DNA of 64,000 nucleotides from an uncultured Gammaproteobacteria bacterium (GCA_964552565.1 CAZKGL010000001.1:435061-499060); one strand, 5' to 3'; shown: positions 1 to 10,009, numbered from the stretch's first letter. Numbers and translations: made by a program. Notes: generated from the letters alone by a model not told the origin.

Positions 1-1
1 C

Positions 2-730
2 CGCGGGGAAATGCACCTTGCGGTGCTCATCGAGCAGATGCGCCGCGAGGGGTTCGAACTCCAGGTGTCGCAGCCGCAGGTCATCATGAAGGTCGAGGAC
101 GGCGTCGAGATGGAGCCGATGGAAACCGTGGTCATCGACGTGCCGGACGAGTTTTCGGGCACGGTCATCGAGAAGCTCGGCCGCCGCAAGGGCGAGATGA
201 AGAACATGATGAGCGAGAACGGCTCGACGCGGCTTGAATACGCCATGCCGACGCGCGGCCTCCTCGGCTACCGCACGGAATTCATGACCGATACGAAGGG
301 CGAAGGGACGCTGAGCCACGTCTTCAGCCATTACGGCCCGCACAAGGGCGATATCAGCCGCCGCACCACGGGCAGCATCATCTCGGGCTTCACCGGCACC
401 ACGACGCCGTACGCGCTCAACATGATCCAGGAACGCGGCCCGCTGTTCGTCGACCCGGGCGTCGAGGTGTACGAGGGCCAGGTTGTCGGTGCGAGCATGA
501 AGGAGACCATGACCGTCAACCCGATCCGCGAGAAGAAGCTCACGAACATGCGCTCCGCCGGCGCGGACGACCTCGTGAAGATCACCCCGGCGCTCGACAT
601 GAACCTGGAACGCGCGCTCGAATACATCGACAGCGACGAGCTCGTCGAAGTCACGCCGTCGACGGTGCGCATCCGCAAGAAGTACCTTACCGAAAACGAA
701 CGCAAGCGCCACGGCGTTGCGAACCAATAA
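2..730 (+). CDS. typA: Translational GTPase TypA/BipA, C-terminal part (5' end outside window)
   Basis: RGEMHLAVLIEQMRREGFEL, PTRGLLGYR, KKLTNMRSAG, ALEYIDSDELVEVTP motifs. Confidence 0.95.
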   Translation, partial: RGEMHLAVLIEQMRREGFELQVSQPQVIMKVEDGVEMEPMETVVIDVPDEFSGTVIEKLGRRKGEMKNMMSENGSTRLEYAMPTRGLLGYRTEFMTDTKGEGTLSHVFSHYGPHKGDISRRTTGSIISGFTGTTTPYALNMIQERGPLFVDPGVEVYEGQVVGASMKETMTVNPIREKKLTNMRSAGADDLVKITPALDMNLERALEYIDSDELVEVTPSTVRIRKKYLTENERKRHGVANQ

Positions 731-762
731 CACAAAGACCGGCCGTGCGGCCGGTCTTTGTG
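731..762. terminator. Bidirectional intrinsic terminator between convergent genes
   Basis: CACAAAGACCGGCCG-TG-CGGCCGGTCTTTGTG inverted repeat right after the typA stop. Confidence 0.7.
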
Positions 763-1428
763 TTAGTTGCACTCCTCGCCCTGCAGCACCCTGTCCACCT
801 GTGCACGTACGGCATCGCGCAATCGCTCCCCGTACCGCCATCCGCTCTGCACATCCACGGACGGCGTGATGCCGTGCGCCTTCGCCGCGGTGCATGCCGC
901 GAGGACGGCGTCGGTCATGTCGACGTAGAGACCGGTCCAGACGTTCGTGCGGCCGGTCGCAGTGACGATCTCGGCGTACGGGACGGTGTGCGTTTCCGAT
1001 CCTGAGTACCGAGTTCCTTTGCTTTCTACCTCGCGGAGTCCGATTGCGAATGCCGTGATGTCCGCCCATGGCGTCGTTGTGCCTCCCCGCGTGATGCCAT
1101 CATCACCGACGACGTATGCCATGCGACCGCTTGTGAGAACGAGCGTGACCGACACGACGATGAGGACGCCCGCAGCGATCCGCCGATTGCGCATCTGATG
1201 CGGCGCAATTTCCGTCGTCGGCCACCACGCCGCGCCGCCGGCGAGCACGAGCAGTACGCCCGCAACAAGCAGCGCGATCTCGGCATTGCCGGGGAACACC
1301 GCCGCCGCGTCCGGATACCTCGCCGCAAGGAGCGGCATCGTGAGTACTTTTGGCAGCAGCACGGCTGCGCCCAATCCCATCACCGAACAGGCAAATGCAA
1401 TCCCCTGCGTGCGGTCAAACGTCTTCAT
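763..1428 (-). CDS. Hypothetical membrane protein (3 TM segments plus soluble C-terminal domain)
   Basis: 221-aa ORF with hydrophobic segments; TATACT box just upstream of the ATG. Confidence 0.65.
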   Translation of the reverse strand: MKTFDRTQGIAFACSVMGLGAAVLLPKVLTMPLLAARYPDAAAVFPGNAEIALLVAGVLLVLAGGAAWWPTTEIAPHQMRNRRIAAGVLIVVSVTLVLTSGRMAYVVGDDGITRGGTTTPWADITAFAIGLREVESKGTRYSGSETHTVPYAEIVTATGRTNVWTGLYVDMTDAVLAACTAAKAHGITPSVDVQSGWRYGERLRDAVRAQVDRVLQGEECN

Positions 1429-1498
1429 ATTGCCTCAAGTATACCGCTCGCCGTGCGGTTCCCAAAACAAAAGAGGCCTTGCGGCCCCTCTTGTCGTC

Positions 1499-1801
1499 CT
1501 ACGTTTTCTTTTTGAGGAACGGGTTCTTGCCGGTGGCCATCATCCACAGCCCGCCGAAGATGAAGACGATGTTCGCCGCGGCGGCGATAATGAGCACCCT
1601 GCCCGTCGCCTGCGTCGACAGATAGTTCGCGACCGTGAGCCCGAGTCCGATGACGAACATGAGTACGCCGTATCCGCGATAGCGCTTTTTCATCGCCGGG
1701 GTGTTCGCGAGCGCCGGGTTCGCGCGCACCGCGTCCTCGACCTGCTTGGATTCGGCGTACCCCTTTTTCATGAGCGCCTTGATCGCTTCGATCGACTGCA
1801 T
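1499..1801 (-). CDS. Small hypothetical membrane protein (2 TM)
   Basis: ATG 2 nt after the rpoD stop; MQSIEAIKAL... followed by two hydrophobic helices. Confidence 0.7.
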   Translation of the reverse strand: MQSIEAIKALMKKGYAESKQVEDAVRANPALANTPAMKKRYRGYGVLMFVIGLGLTVANYLSTQATGRVLIIAAAANIVFIFGGLWMMATGKNPFLKKKT

Positions 1802-1802
1802 A

Positions 1803-3110
1803 CTAGTAATCGCGAAGTTTCTGGATGATGTCTTTCTGCTGGATCTTCTCGAGCGCCTTCGCTTCGATCTGACGGATGCGTTCGCGGGTGACGTCAAACT
1901 CGCGGCCGACCTCTTCGAGGGTATGGCTGACGCCGTCGACGAGCCCGAAGCGCATCTCCAGGATCTTTTGTTCGCGCGGCGTGAGGTCTTTCATTGCCTC
2001 GTTGACATAGTCCTTGAGGAGCTGCCGCGCGGCGGCCTTGTCCGGCGAGATGTTCTTCACGTCCTCGATGAAGTCCTCGAGCGTCGAGTCGTCATCGTCA
2101 TCACCGACCGTCGTTTCGAGCGACACGGTCTCCTGCGAGATCTTCTGGATGTGCTGCACCTTCTCGAGCGGCATGTCGAGCTCTGCGGCGAGCTCTTCGA
2201 GGAGCGGCTCGCGGCCGAGGTCCTGGATGAGGCGGCGCTCCACCTGCTTGAACCGGTTGATGGTCTCGACCATGTGGACCGGGATGCGGATGGTGCGCGA
2301 CTGGTCGGCAAGCGCGCGGGTGATGGCCTGGCGGATCCACCACGTCGCGTACGTGGAGAACTTGTAGCCCTTGCGGTATTCGAACTTCTTCACCGCGCGG
2401 AAGAGGCCGACGTTGCCCTCCTGGATGAGGTCAAGCAGCGACAACTGCTTGCCGACGAACTTCTTTGCGATGGAAACGACGAGACGGAGGTTCGCCTCGA
2501 TGAGCCGGCGCTCCGCTTCTTTGTCGTTGCGTTCCTTGCGCTTTGCGAGCGCGACCTCTTCTTCCGCTGAAAGGAGCGGGATCTTGCCGATCTCGCGCAG
2601 GTACATCTGGATGGAGTCCTGCGTCAGTTCCGACGGCTCGCTGAGGCTCGCGCGCTGCTTTTCCTTCTCCGCGCTGATGCGGAGTTTGTCGTAGACCTCG
2701 TCTCGGGTCTTACTGCCGCCGAGGAAACCCTCCTTCATCTCGACGAAGTGCAGACCCTTCCGCTCCAGGCGGTCAAGAAACTCGTCAAAAAGGTCGAGAT
2801 GGTCTTCGACGTACCCAAAAGCGAACATGACTTCGTTTTCCGTGACGAAACCCCGGGTCTGGCCGCGCTCAATCATGCGGTTCAGCGACTCTTCGCTCGG
2901 CGGCGGGGACTTGCGGGACGCCAAAATCGCCGCCTCGTTCGGTCGCTTCGGCGGTCGGATCTCTTTCTCCTTCTCGGGCCGCTTTGCCGCTGGCTTTTGT
3001 GCGGGCTTTTTCGACGCCTTCACCGGTTTCTTTCCCGGTTTCCTTGTGGGAGGAATGGCCTTCTTGTGTTTGGACGGTACAATCGCTTTCTTCTTGGTGC
3101 GCTGCGGCAT
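1803..3110 (-). CDS. rpoD: RNA polymerase primary sigma factor RpoD/SigA
   Basis: [58 protein letters not shown]; Lys/Pro-rich N-terminal extension. Confidence 0.97.
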   Translation of the reverse strand: MPQRTKKKAIVPSKHKKAIPPTRKPGKKPVKASKKPAQKPAAKRPEKEKEIRPPKRPNEAAILASRKSPPPSEESLNRMIERGQTRGFVTENEVMFAFGYVEDHLDLFDEFLDRLERKGLHFVEMKEGFLGGSKTRDEVYDKLRISAEKEKQRASLSEPSELTQDSIQMYLREIGKIPLLSAEEEVALAKRKERNDKEAERRLIEANLRLVVSIAKKFVGKQLSLLDLIQEGNVGLFRAVKKFEYRKGYKFSTYATWWIRQAITRALADQSRTIRIPVHMVETINRFKQVERRLIQDLGREPLLEELAAELDMPLEKVQHIQKISQETVSLETTVGDDDDDSTLEDFIEDVKNISPDKAAARQLLKDYVNEAMKDLTPREQKILEMRFGLVDGVSHTLEEVGREFDVTRERIRQIEAKALEKIQQKDIIQKLRDY

Positions 3111-3113
3111 AGG

Positions 3114-4964
3114 TTACTTGCCCAAAATGCGAAGGAGTTGGGCGTACTCCGCAAGGAGTGCGTTCAGGGAAGCGGACTGCGAAAGTTCGGCCGCGCGAAT
3201 GGCGGCTTCGAGTTCTTTGCGCCGCTGGTCCCCAAGGGCACCCTTTAACAAAGCAATGTGCTGGTCGAGTTCTGCCCGAACCATGTCGGGTGACCATCCT
3301 CGAACCTGCTCTTCAAGTCGCAACAGCGTCGCGTCGATACGACGGAGGTCGTCATCGGCGCCACGCGAACGGACGTCACTCTGGAGGCGCGAATAAAGCG
3401 ATTGGTTGGTCGCGCCTGCAATCTGCCCCGAAGTATACTGTGCCTTCGCCATGGTGTAAAGACGCCGCCACGGCTCAGCGGGCAGCGCAGTTTCTGGCAC
3501 GCGGTCGAGGATTTCCGCGGCGACGCCGTCGTCCGCGAGCATGAGCCCGATGACGAACTCGGCGGCGCGGTCTTCTTTGGTCTGCTTTTTTTGGTGGGGG
3601 GTGGGAGGGTGGGAGGGTGGGAGGGTTTTCGGTGTGCTCGGCGCGGCGCGTTTGGCGACTTCGCGCTCGAGCACCTCGACCGCGACGTGCGTTGCGTCGG
3701 ACAAACGCAGCAGGTACAGATGCCGGTCGACGCTGCGCGGGATGCGCGCAATCTCGCCCACGAGCTCGTCGACCAGCGCGCGGCGCTCTTCGATGGTCGC
3801 GCTGCCCGACCGCGCCTCGTACGCCTTGAGCTGACGGTCAAACATGAATTCCACGATCTCCTTGGACGACTGCGCGATGCGCCGCCAGGCCTCGGGATCC
3901 TTCTGCACGACTTCGTCCGGGTCTTTGCCGGCGTCGCGAGGGATGATAAGGCAACGGATCTCGAGTTCGGGAAACTTCGTCCGCGCGATCTCGAGCGCAC
4001 GGCGCGCCGCGGCGAACCCGGCCGCGTCTTCGTCGAGCGCAAACACGATGCGCTTCGTATAGCGCGACAGGATTTTCAGCTGTTCCTCGGTCAGCGCGGT
4101 ACCCGAGCTCGCGACGATGTGCTCCACGCCCGCCTTGTGCGACGACACGACATCGAGGTTGCCTTCGACGACGATGACGCACTTCGCGGTGCGGATACCG
4201 GTCTTCGCCAGGTGCAGCCCGTACAGCACACGTCCCTTGGAATACACCGGCGACTCCGGCGAGTTCATGTACTTCGGCGCCACCGGCGTCACCGTCTGGC
4301 CCGGGCCGATGGTGCGCGCGGTAAAGCCGACGATGTTCCCGACGGCGTCGTGGAGTGGAATCATCACGCGGTGCCGGAAACGATCCAGCAGTCCGTCGCC
4401 CGACTTCTTGCGGATGCCAAGTCCGGCATCGACGATCTGCGTCGCGCCGTAGCCGCGGGATCCCAAAAACTGTACCAGCGCGTCCCACCGGTCGGGCGCG
4501 TAGCCAAGCCCGAACTTCTCGATGAGGTCGGGCGTGATGCCCCGCTTCGCGAGATAGTCGCGCGCCCCTGCCCCGTCCGGATGGTTGCGCAACACTTTCG
4601 CGAAGAACTTCTGTGCGAGATCCTGAATCGTCAGAAGCGACTCGCGCGCATCGACGACCGCCTTGGGCTGGGGACGGAACTCCGGCACGTCGACGCCCGC
4701 GCGTTTCCCGAGGTGCCGGAGCGCCTCCGGGAACGTCATGCCCTCGAGTTCCATGACGAACGCAAAGACGTCCCCGCCCTTGTCGCACCCGAAGCAATGC
4801 CAGATCTGCCGCTCGCGCGACACGTGGAACGACGGCGTCTTTTCGGCGTGAAACGGACAGACCGCCTTGAAGCTCCCGCTTCCCGCCGGTTTCAACTGCA
4901 AGTACTCCCCGAGTACGTCGGCGATGTCGAGTTTCTGCCGAATTTCATCCTTCGGTTCGAGCAT
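3114..4964 (-). CDS. dnaG: DNA primase
   Basis: CPFHAEKTPSF..HCFGC zinc finger, KYMNSPES, TOPRIM VEGNLDV / DEDAAG; upstream of rpoD. Confidence 0.97.
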   Translation of the reverse strand: MLEPKDEIRQKLDIADVLGEYLQLKPAGSGSFKAVCPFHAEKTPSFHVSRERQIWHCFGCDKGGDVFAFVMELEGMTFPEALRHLGKRAGVDVPEFRPQPKAVVDARESLLTIQDLAQKFFAKVLRNHPDGAGARDYLAKRGITPDLIEKFGLGYAPDRWDALVQFLGSRGYGATQIVDAGLGIRKKSGDGLLDRFRHRVMIPLHDAVGNIVGFTARTIGPGQTVTPVAPKYMNSPESPVYSKGRVLYGLHLAKTGIRTAKCVIVVEGNLDVVSSHKAGVEHIVASSGTALTEEQLKILSRYTKRIVFALDEDAAGFAAARRALEIARTKFPELEIRCLIIPRDAGKDPDEVVQKDPEAWRRIAQSSKEIVEFMFDRQLKAYEARSGSATIEERRALVDELVGEIARIPRSVDRHLYLLRLSDATHVAVEVLEREVAKRAAPSTPKTLPPSHPPTPHQKKQTKEDRAAEFVIGLMLADDGVAAEILDRVPETALPAEPWRRLYTMAKAQYTSGQIAGATNQSLYSRLQSDVRSRGADDDLRRIDATLLRLEEQVRGWSPDMVRAELDQHIALLKGALGDQRRKELEAAIRAAELSQSASLNALLAEYAQLLRILGK

Positions 4965-5024
4965 GGCGCCAGATTAGCGGATTTCGACCGGATTTGCTAG
5001 CGTGTCTGCACGCCAGGAGTTCCC

Positions 5025-5558
5025 ATGTCCTTTGCATCTCCGAACGACATCGTCATCGTGTCCGCGTGTTGGCCCGTCGGCCAGGCCATGCAGTTCATGA
5101 CCGTCATCGGCCGCGTCGCCACCGTCGAGGGCGCGACGATCCGGACGTCGTGGCGCACCGAGCTGACATGGTCGCCGGCGTGCTCCCGCGAGCAGCTCCT
5201 CGCGCACCGCGGCTTCATGGTGTGGCCCGACGACAAGGCCGCCGCGAGCGATGTCTGCCGCGCGATGCTTTCGGAGCAGACATTCTGGCGCATCGGCGCC
5301 TGGGTCGGCGGACACGACCCGGCGCGCCTCACCCACCGCCGTCTCGCCGGCACGACGCGGTTCGGCACGCCGATCAACGACTTCGTGCTCGGCGTGTGCG
5401 TGACGAGCGAGGTCAAGCAGGACCCGAACCTCGGCGAGGTCGACGGCGCGCACGAGGTCGCGCTCCTCGTCGCGCCACGACGCACCCCGCGGGGCTACTT
5501 CGACCGCTGCATCATGGGCAAGGACGACGTGCGCCTCCACGGCACCCCGCTGGATTGA
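5025..5558 (+). CDS. Hypothetical protein
   Basis: 177-aa ORF with AGGAG RBS and strong GC3 bias. Confidence 0.65.
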   Translation: MSFASPNDIVIVSACWPVGQAMQFMTVIGRVATVEGATIRTSWRTELTWSPACSREQLLAHRGFMVWPDDKAAASDVCRAMLSEQTFWRIGAWVGGHDPARLTHRRLAGTTRFGTPINDFVLGVCVTSEVKQDPNLGEVDGAHEVALLVAPRRTPRGYFDRCIMGKDDVRLHGTPLD

Positions 5559-5604
5559 CGAGGCCGCTTCCGAGCAGTAGCATGCGGGCGCACCGTGAGG
5601 GCAC

Positions 5605-5946
5605 ATGACCGGAGCGCCGCTCGTCGTCGTGTGGATCCTCCTCACGGCGATCGGTACTGCAACCCTTGCGTTGTGGCCGCTCGGGAGTCCCCCGCGGCCC
5701 AACCCCGTAGCACACGGAGGAAACGCACCGCCGTCGGTAGCACCCGCCCCCTCAGCAGCTCCAAGACGAGCAGCACGCCTCGCGCAGTCCCGTACCGCTC
5801 GAGATGACCGGCAACGCCGCTACCGTCGCCTGGTGACCTGGATCCCGCCCCCGTACCACATCGCTGCGCCCGTCTCGACGGGCATCCCACACACATGGCG
5901 AGCGGCCGGTGGCCAATCGCAGCTTCGTCCTTTCGCGGACTGGTAA
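5605..5946 (+). CDS. Hypothetical protein with N-terminal TM/signal segment
   Basis: 113-aa ORF with hydrophobic N-terminus and GAGG upstream; low-complexity remainder. Confidence 0.4.
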   Translation: MTGAPLVVVWILLTAIGTATLALWPLGSPPRPNPVAHGGNAPPSVAPAPSAAPRRAARLAQSRTARDDRQRRYRRLVTWIPPPYHIAAPVSTGIPHTWRAAGGQSQLRPFADW

Positions 5947-6082
5947 GACGGCGCTCCCTTCCCTGCGCCTGTCGCACCGTTCGGAGAGACGCTCGCTCTG
6001 CAACATGACCGGGTCGTGGGCATCTCCCACGTCGCGCCCCGCGTCCGACACTCGTCGGCCGGGGCGCTCTTCTTTTTCTCCA

Positions 6083-6116
6083 TGTTCAAAAAATGACGAT
6101 CGTCATTTTTTGAACA
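6083..6116. repeat. Perfect 34-bp palindrome with CGATCG core (downstream copy flanking the PaaX/Cas2-like gene)
   Basis: TGTTCAAAAAATGA-CGATCG-TCATTTTTTGAACA. Confidence 0.9.
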
Positions 6117-6603
6117 GGTGGCGCTCTCGAACAGCGAATACCTTTACATGTCGTCCCAATCCGTTCAGCTGAGCAAAATAGAGCAGGTGATCCGCGATGT
6201 CCGTCCTCCCGACCCAAACGCTTTTCTGGAGCATACGATACCGCTGCTCACGCAAAAGCTTACGGACCTCTGCACGAAGCCAACGATATCGCTCTGGGAT
6301 ATCGAACACGACCATGCATTGTTCACCTTCCCGCAGCGGACGCTGTCCCTTTCGCATGCATGCCAGTACAGCGAGTGTGACGCCCTTCTTCGTGATGACA
6401 ATTGCGCCATCTCTTCTTTTCCGGACGAGCTTCCTCTTTACTAGGCGGCGTAACGCATTTCGTTCTCTGCTCTTATACTGGTGATAGCTGTATTGAAACG
6501 ATGTTGGAGAGTATTTATATGGGCTCTGCATCATCTCGAATGTCCACCCAACCTCCCGGCAGATGGCAAGTAGCACTTCCATGGTTTTTGATGCACGTAC
6601 CAT
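6103..6603 (-). CDS. wHTH + PaaX central/Cas2-like domain protein (standalone)
   Basis: NALRRLVKRKLV...ITKKG winged helix; MVVFDIPE...R...RKLL......LQKSVWV Cas2/PaaX-like motif; AT-richer than flanks. Confidence 0.8.
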   Translation of the reverse strand: MVRASKTMEVLLAICREVGWTFEMMQSPYKYSPTSFQYSYHQYKSRERNALRRLVKRKLVRKRRDGAIVITKKGVTLAVLACMRKGQRPLREGEQCMVVFDIPERYRWLRAEVRKLLREQRYRMLQKSVWVGRTDIADHLLYFAQLNGLGRHVKVFAVRERHLFKK

Positions 6604-6605
6604 AC

Positions 6606-6639
6606 TGTACAAAAACTGCCGATCATCATTTTTTGGACA
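6606..6639. repeat. Imperfect 34-bp palindrome (upstream copy flanking the PaaX/Cas2-like gene)
   Basis: TGTACAAAAACTGC-CGATCA-TCATTTTTTGGACA, similar to 6083-6116. Confidence 0.85.
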
Positions 6640-6895
6640 ATGTCGCCGCACCCTCGCTGCGAAGCCGCGCAACCTTCGCCTCCGCCCCTCGGTTATAGCC
6701 GCCCGTCTTGCCGTCGGAGCGAATGACGCGGTGGCACGGGATTGCGGGGTCGTAGTTTTTATTCAAAATATTGCCGACGGCGCGGTAGGCGCGGGGGCGC
6801 CCGGCACGTGCGGCGACCTCTTTGTACGTCAGGACGCTCCCCTCGGGGATCTGTGTGACCACCGTGTACACCGCATCGCGGAAGGAATCAGACAT
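6626..6895 (-). CDS. MGMT/Ogt-family O6-alkylguanine DNA alkyltransferase, single domain
   Basis: IPEGSVLTYKEVA, RAVG, IPCHRVI active-site motif. Confidence 0.9.
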   Translation of the reverse strand: MSDSFRDAVYTVVTQIPEGSVLTYKEVAARAGRPRAYRAVGNILNKNYDPAIPCHRVIRSDGKTGGYNRGAEAKVARLRSEGAATLSKK

Positions 6896-7502
6896 AGTGG
6901 AGGACATGAAAACCAAACATGAGGAGGAGGAGCCCAAGGAGCGCGGGCGGCCAGAGTCCCGCCGCAACGCATGCGCCGGTCGCGAATGCGAGAAGCGCAA
7001 TCGTGCTCTGCGCACTCGTGACCGGAACCTCCTCTGCGAGCCGGATGCGGAGCGTACCTGCAACGACGGCAGCCGTTGCGCAAAACCACGTCAGCATGGC
7101 GACAGGAGGAAAACCGTAATACAGCCCCGGCTCCGCGTACGACCACAGCCCGAGCGCGAGGCCCGCGGGTTCGACAACGAGCGCCGTCATGATCCCCGCG
7201 AGTCCTGCGACGGCGAGCTGCGTCCCAAGCCGCTGGCCGAAACGCGACGCGAGCAGGAAAGCTGAAGCGCCGACGCCGACCACGACCGGCGCGAATGTGG
7301 GCGACACGGCAAACGTCATGACGGCCACCGCCCCACCCGCCACGATGAGCGGGGCGTGTTGACGCCCCTTCACCATCGCCGCGACGAACGGCACGAGCGC
7401 AGCATACGCAAGCACAGGCAACAAGATGCCGAAACTCCTGTCGTGCGGCGCAAACCCCGCGAGGAAACCGAAAACGAGGAGCAACGGGACGATCCAATGC
7501 AT
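6888..7502 (-). CDS. Integral membrane protein, possibly CruF/DUF422-like
   Basis: Multiple TM helices; GLWSYAEPGLYYGFP...W segment resembles the DUF422 motif. Confidence 0.5.
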   Translation of the reverse strand: MHWIVPLLLVFGFLAGFAPHDRSFGILLPVLAYAALVPFVAAMVKGRQHAPLIVAGGAVAVMTFAVSPTFAPVVVGVGASAFLLASRFGQRLGTQLAVAGLAGIMTALVVEPAGLALGLWSYAEPGLYYGFPPVAMLTWFCATAAVVAGTLRIRLAEEVPVTSAQSTIALLAFATGACVAAGLWPPALLGLLLLMFGFHVLHYV

Positions 7503-7600
7503 ACCGCCTCCATGCTACCGCACTCCACGCCATCGTTCCACAGGACTCCTGCCCTTCTGCGCTGTGCTTGCTATACTTTCCCCAAACTTATCTTTTGCGT

Positions 7601-10006
7601 ATGACCATGCGACTCTCTCGCGGCATCGGCGTTGCAGCCGGATTCCTCGCCGCATTCCTCATGGCGGCAAGTGCCGCAACCGCCCAGGCCGCGGGCGGAT
7701 GGACCGATGTCGACCTCGACATTTCGCTCGCTGAGCTCAACGGCATCGATGCCTACGGCTCAAGCCTGGCGATGATCGTCGGCAGCGGCGGCCTTGTGCT
7801 CGCGTCAACAGACAACGGCCTCACGTGGTCCGATGCGTCGCTCAGTTCCGCGGACATGGAGGGCCAGTCGTTCGACCTCTACGACGTGGACGTGATGAGC
7901 GCAACGACTGCGGTCGTCGGCGGCGAAGGCGGTATCTGGCGCACGACGGACGGCGGAGACACGTGGACCTGGGAAGAGATCGAGATCCTGGACACCGTCC
8001 GCGGCATCGACATGGGAAGCAGCACGATTGGTATCGCCGCCACGACGAACGGGACGATTTTCCGCACGACGGACGGCGGAGACACGTGGAGCAGCGTCGT
8101 CACGGGCACGAACGACTACTACGCAGCCTACTGCTACAGCGGCGGAAACCCGTGCTGGGCGGCCGGGGCGAACTCGAGCGGCACCGGCATCGTCTCCAAA
8201 TACAGCGGCAGCTCCTGGACAACAACGACGGTAACGGGCAGCGGCGTCTTGTACGGCATCGACTTTGTCTCGACGTCGACCGGATGGGTCGTCGGTGACG
8301 GAAGCTTTTTCAAAACGACCAACGGCGGCTCCAGCTGGTCGTCGGTAACGAGCGAATCGCTCGACGGGACGGAGGCGCTCTACGGTATCGACATGGCGAG
8401 CGCGTCGACCGGCTACGTTGTCACCAACGACGCGAAGATCGTGCAGACGAGCGACGGCAGCAGCTGGACGAACGGCACCGAGGTCGACAGCGTCTTCAGC
8501 TGGATGTACGCCGTAAACGCAAACCTCAAGATCGCGGTCGGCGGTTTCTCGAGCGCCTCGCGCTACGACGTCGCGGCTCCGGACGCGCCGACGAACTTCT
8601 TTGCTGAAGACGACACCACCACGGACCGCACGCCGTCGTTCACCTGGACCGCGGCCGTCGACGATGAAACCCCGATCGACTCCTACGAAGTCAAGCGCAA
8701 CAGCGGAAGCTGGACGAACATCGGCAACGTGACCAGTTACACCTGGCCGGCAACCATCGCGCCCGGCGCGCATACGTTCCTGCTCCGCGCCTACGACAGC
8801 GCCGGCAACGTCAGCGCGGAAGCGACCGAGACACTCACGGTCGACCTCACCGCCCCGACGGTCCCTGCGCCGTCGATCAACGCCTCGGAAGTCGGCGAGG
8901 AAATCACCTACAGCGTCGTTGCGACGGACGCGGAGACCGATGTCGCGAGCTGCACGCTCTACGTCAACGCGGCTAGCGTCGCGACGATGGTCGATATGAC
9001 GTCGGACTTCTACTACAGCACCCTGGCGGCAAGCGCCGGGACGTTCACCGCGTACGCCGTCTGCGTCGACAGCGCGGGCAATAGCACGACCGGCGCGTCG
9101 ACCGCGTACACCGTGACGGAGAGCAGTTCGAGTTCGTCGAGCGGCGACACCACTGCGCCCGTCGTCAGCGCAGTCTCCCCGTCGAGCGGCACATACGGCG
9201 TCATGGCGACCTGGACCGCCACCTACGCCGACGCGGTCGGCGTGACGGGCTGCACCTTCTACTTCGACGGTCGCAGCCGCGGCGCGATGACCATTGAGTC
9301 CGCGACCGCGGGCACGGCGACGACGACGTTCGCGCCGGACGACAGCGGGACGTCGAGCGCGTATGTCGTGTGCGAAGACGCCGCCGGCAATGAAGGGACC
9401 GGCGCAACGACGACCGTCGCGGTCGCCGCAAGCAGCTCGTCGAGCAGCGACACGAGCTCCGACACGTCGGACACCACGGATACCACGGATACAACCGACA
9501 CGACGTCCGACGAGGAAGACGAGGCGGTGAGCGAAGCGGAGCCGGGCAACCTCATTAAGCTCGCGTGTGCGGACGGGGCGGACATCAATGACCCGTGCAA
9601 GGCGGTCTACTACTACGACACGATCGACGAGAAACGCCACGCGTTCCCGAACGAAAAGGTCTACTTCACGTGGTACGACAGCTTCGACGATGTCATCATC
9701 GTCACCGACGAGTTCATGGCGTCCCTCACGCTCGGCGCCAACGTCACCTACCACCCGGGTACGCGGATGGTGAAGTTCATCACCGTCAACACCGTGTACG
9801 CGGTCGGTGAGGAGGGCGAGCTGCGTCCCATCGACAGCGAAGACACCGCCATCAGCATTTACGGCAGCACGTGGAACCAGCAGATCGACGACATCTCGGA
9901 CGCGTTCTACGGCAACTACGAGTTCGGCGAGGAGATCGATTCGACGAGCGACTTCGACCCGGACGCGGTCGAAGCGAGCGTCGACTCCATCGATGACATC
10001 CTCTAG
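7601..10006 (+). CDS. Large secreted/surface protein: YCF48/BNR beta-propeller repeats, Ig/FN3-like repeats, conserved C-terminal domain
   Basis: Signal peptide; TTDGGDTW repeats; DSAGN/DAAGN Ig-like repeats; acidic Ser/Thr linker. Confidence 0.85.
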   Translation: MTMRLSRGIGVAAGFLAAFLMAASAATAQAAGGWTDVDLDISLAELNGIDAYGSSLAMIVGSGGLVLASTDNGLTWSDASLSSADMEGQSFDLYDVDVMSATTAVVGGEGGIWRTTDGGDTWTWEEIEILDTVRGIDMGSSTIGIAATTNGTIFRTTDGGDTWSSVVTGTNDYYAAYCYSGGNPCWAAGANSSGTGIVSKYSGSSWTTTTVTGSGVLYGIDFVSTSTGWVVGDGSFFKTTNGGSSWSSVTSESLDGTEALYGIDMASASTGYVVTNDAKIVQTSDGSSWTNGTEVDSVFSWMYAVNANLKIAVGGFSSASRYDVAAPDAPTNFFAEDDTTTDRTPSFTWTAAVDDETPIDSYEVKRNSGSWTNIGNVTSYTWPATIAPGAHTFLLRAYDSAGNVSAEATETLTVDLTAPTVPAPSINASEVGEEITYSVVATDAETDVASCTLYVNAASVATMVDMTSDFYYSTLAASAGTFTAYAVCVDSAGNSTTGASTAYTVTESSSSSSSGDTTAPVVSAVSPSSGTYGVMATWTATYADAVGVTGCTFYFDGRSRGAMTIESATAGTATTTFAPDDSGTSSAYVVCEDAAGNEGTGATTTVAVAASSSSSSDTSSDTSDTTDTTDTTDTTSDEEDEAVSEAEPGNLIKLACADGADINDPCKAVYYYDTIDEKRHAFPNEKVYFTWYDSFDDVIIVTDEFMASLTLGANVTYHPGTRMVKFITVNTVYAVGEEGELRPIDSEDTAISIYGSTWNQQIDDISDAFYGNYEFGEEIDSTSDFDPDAVEASVDSIDDIL

Positions 10007-10009
10007 ACC

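Noticed and set aside
6083-6639. CRISPR-Cas locus suggested by the Cas2-like motif and repeats
   Set aside because: Only two palindromes ~490 bp apart enclosing a gene; no repeat-spacer array, no cas1 or effector genes; the protein has an N-terminal wHTH typical of PaaX-like proteins.
9466-9510. Short tandem repeat encoding DTTDTTDTT
   Set aside because: Degenerate codon-level repeat of a low-complexity linker in a surface protein; no sign of a separate element.
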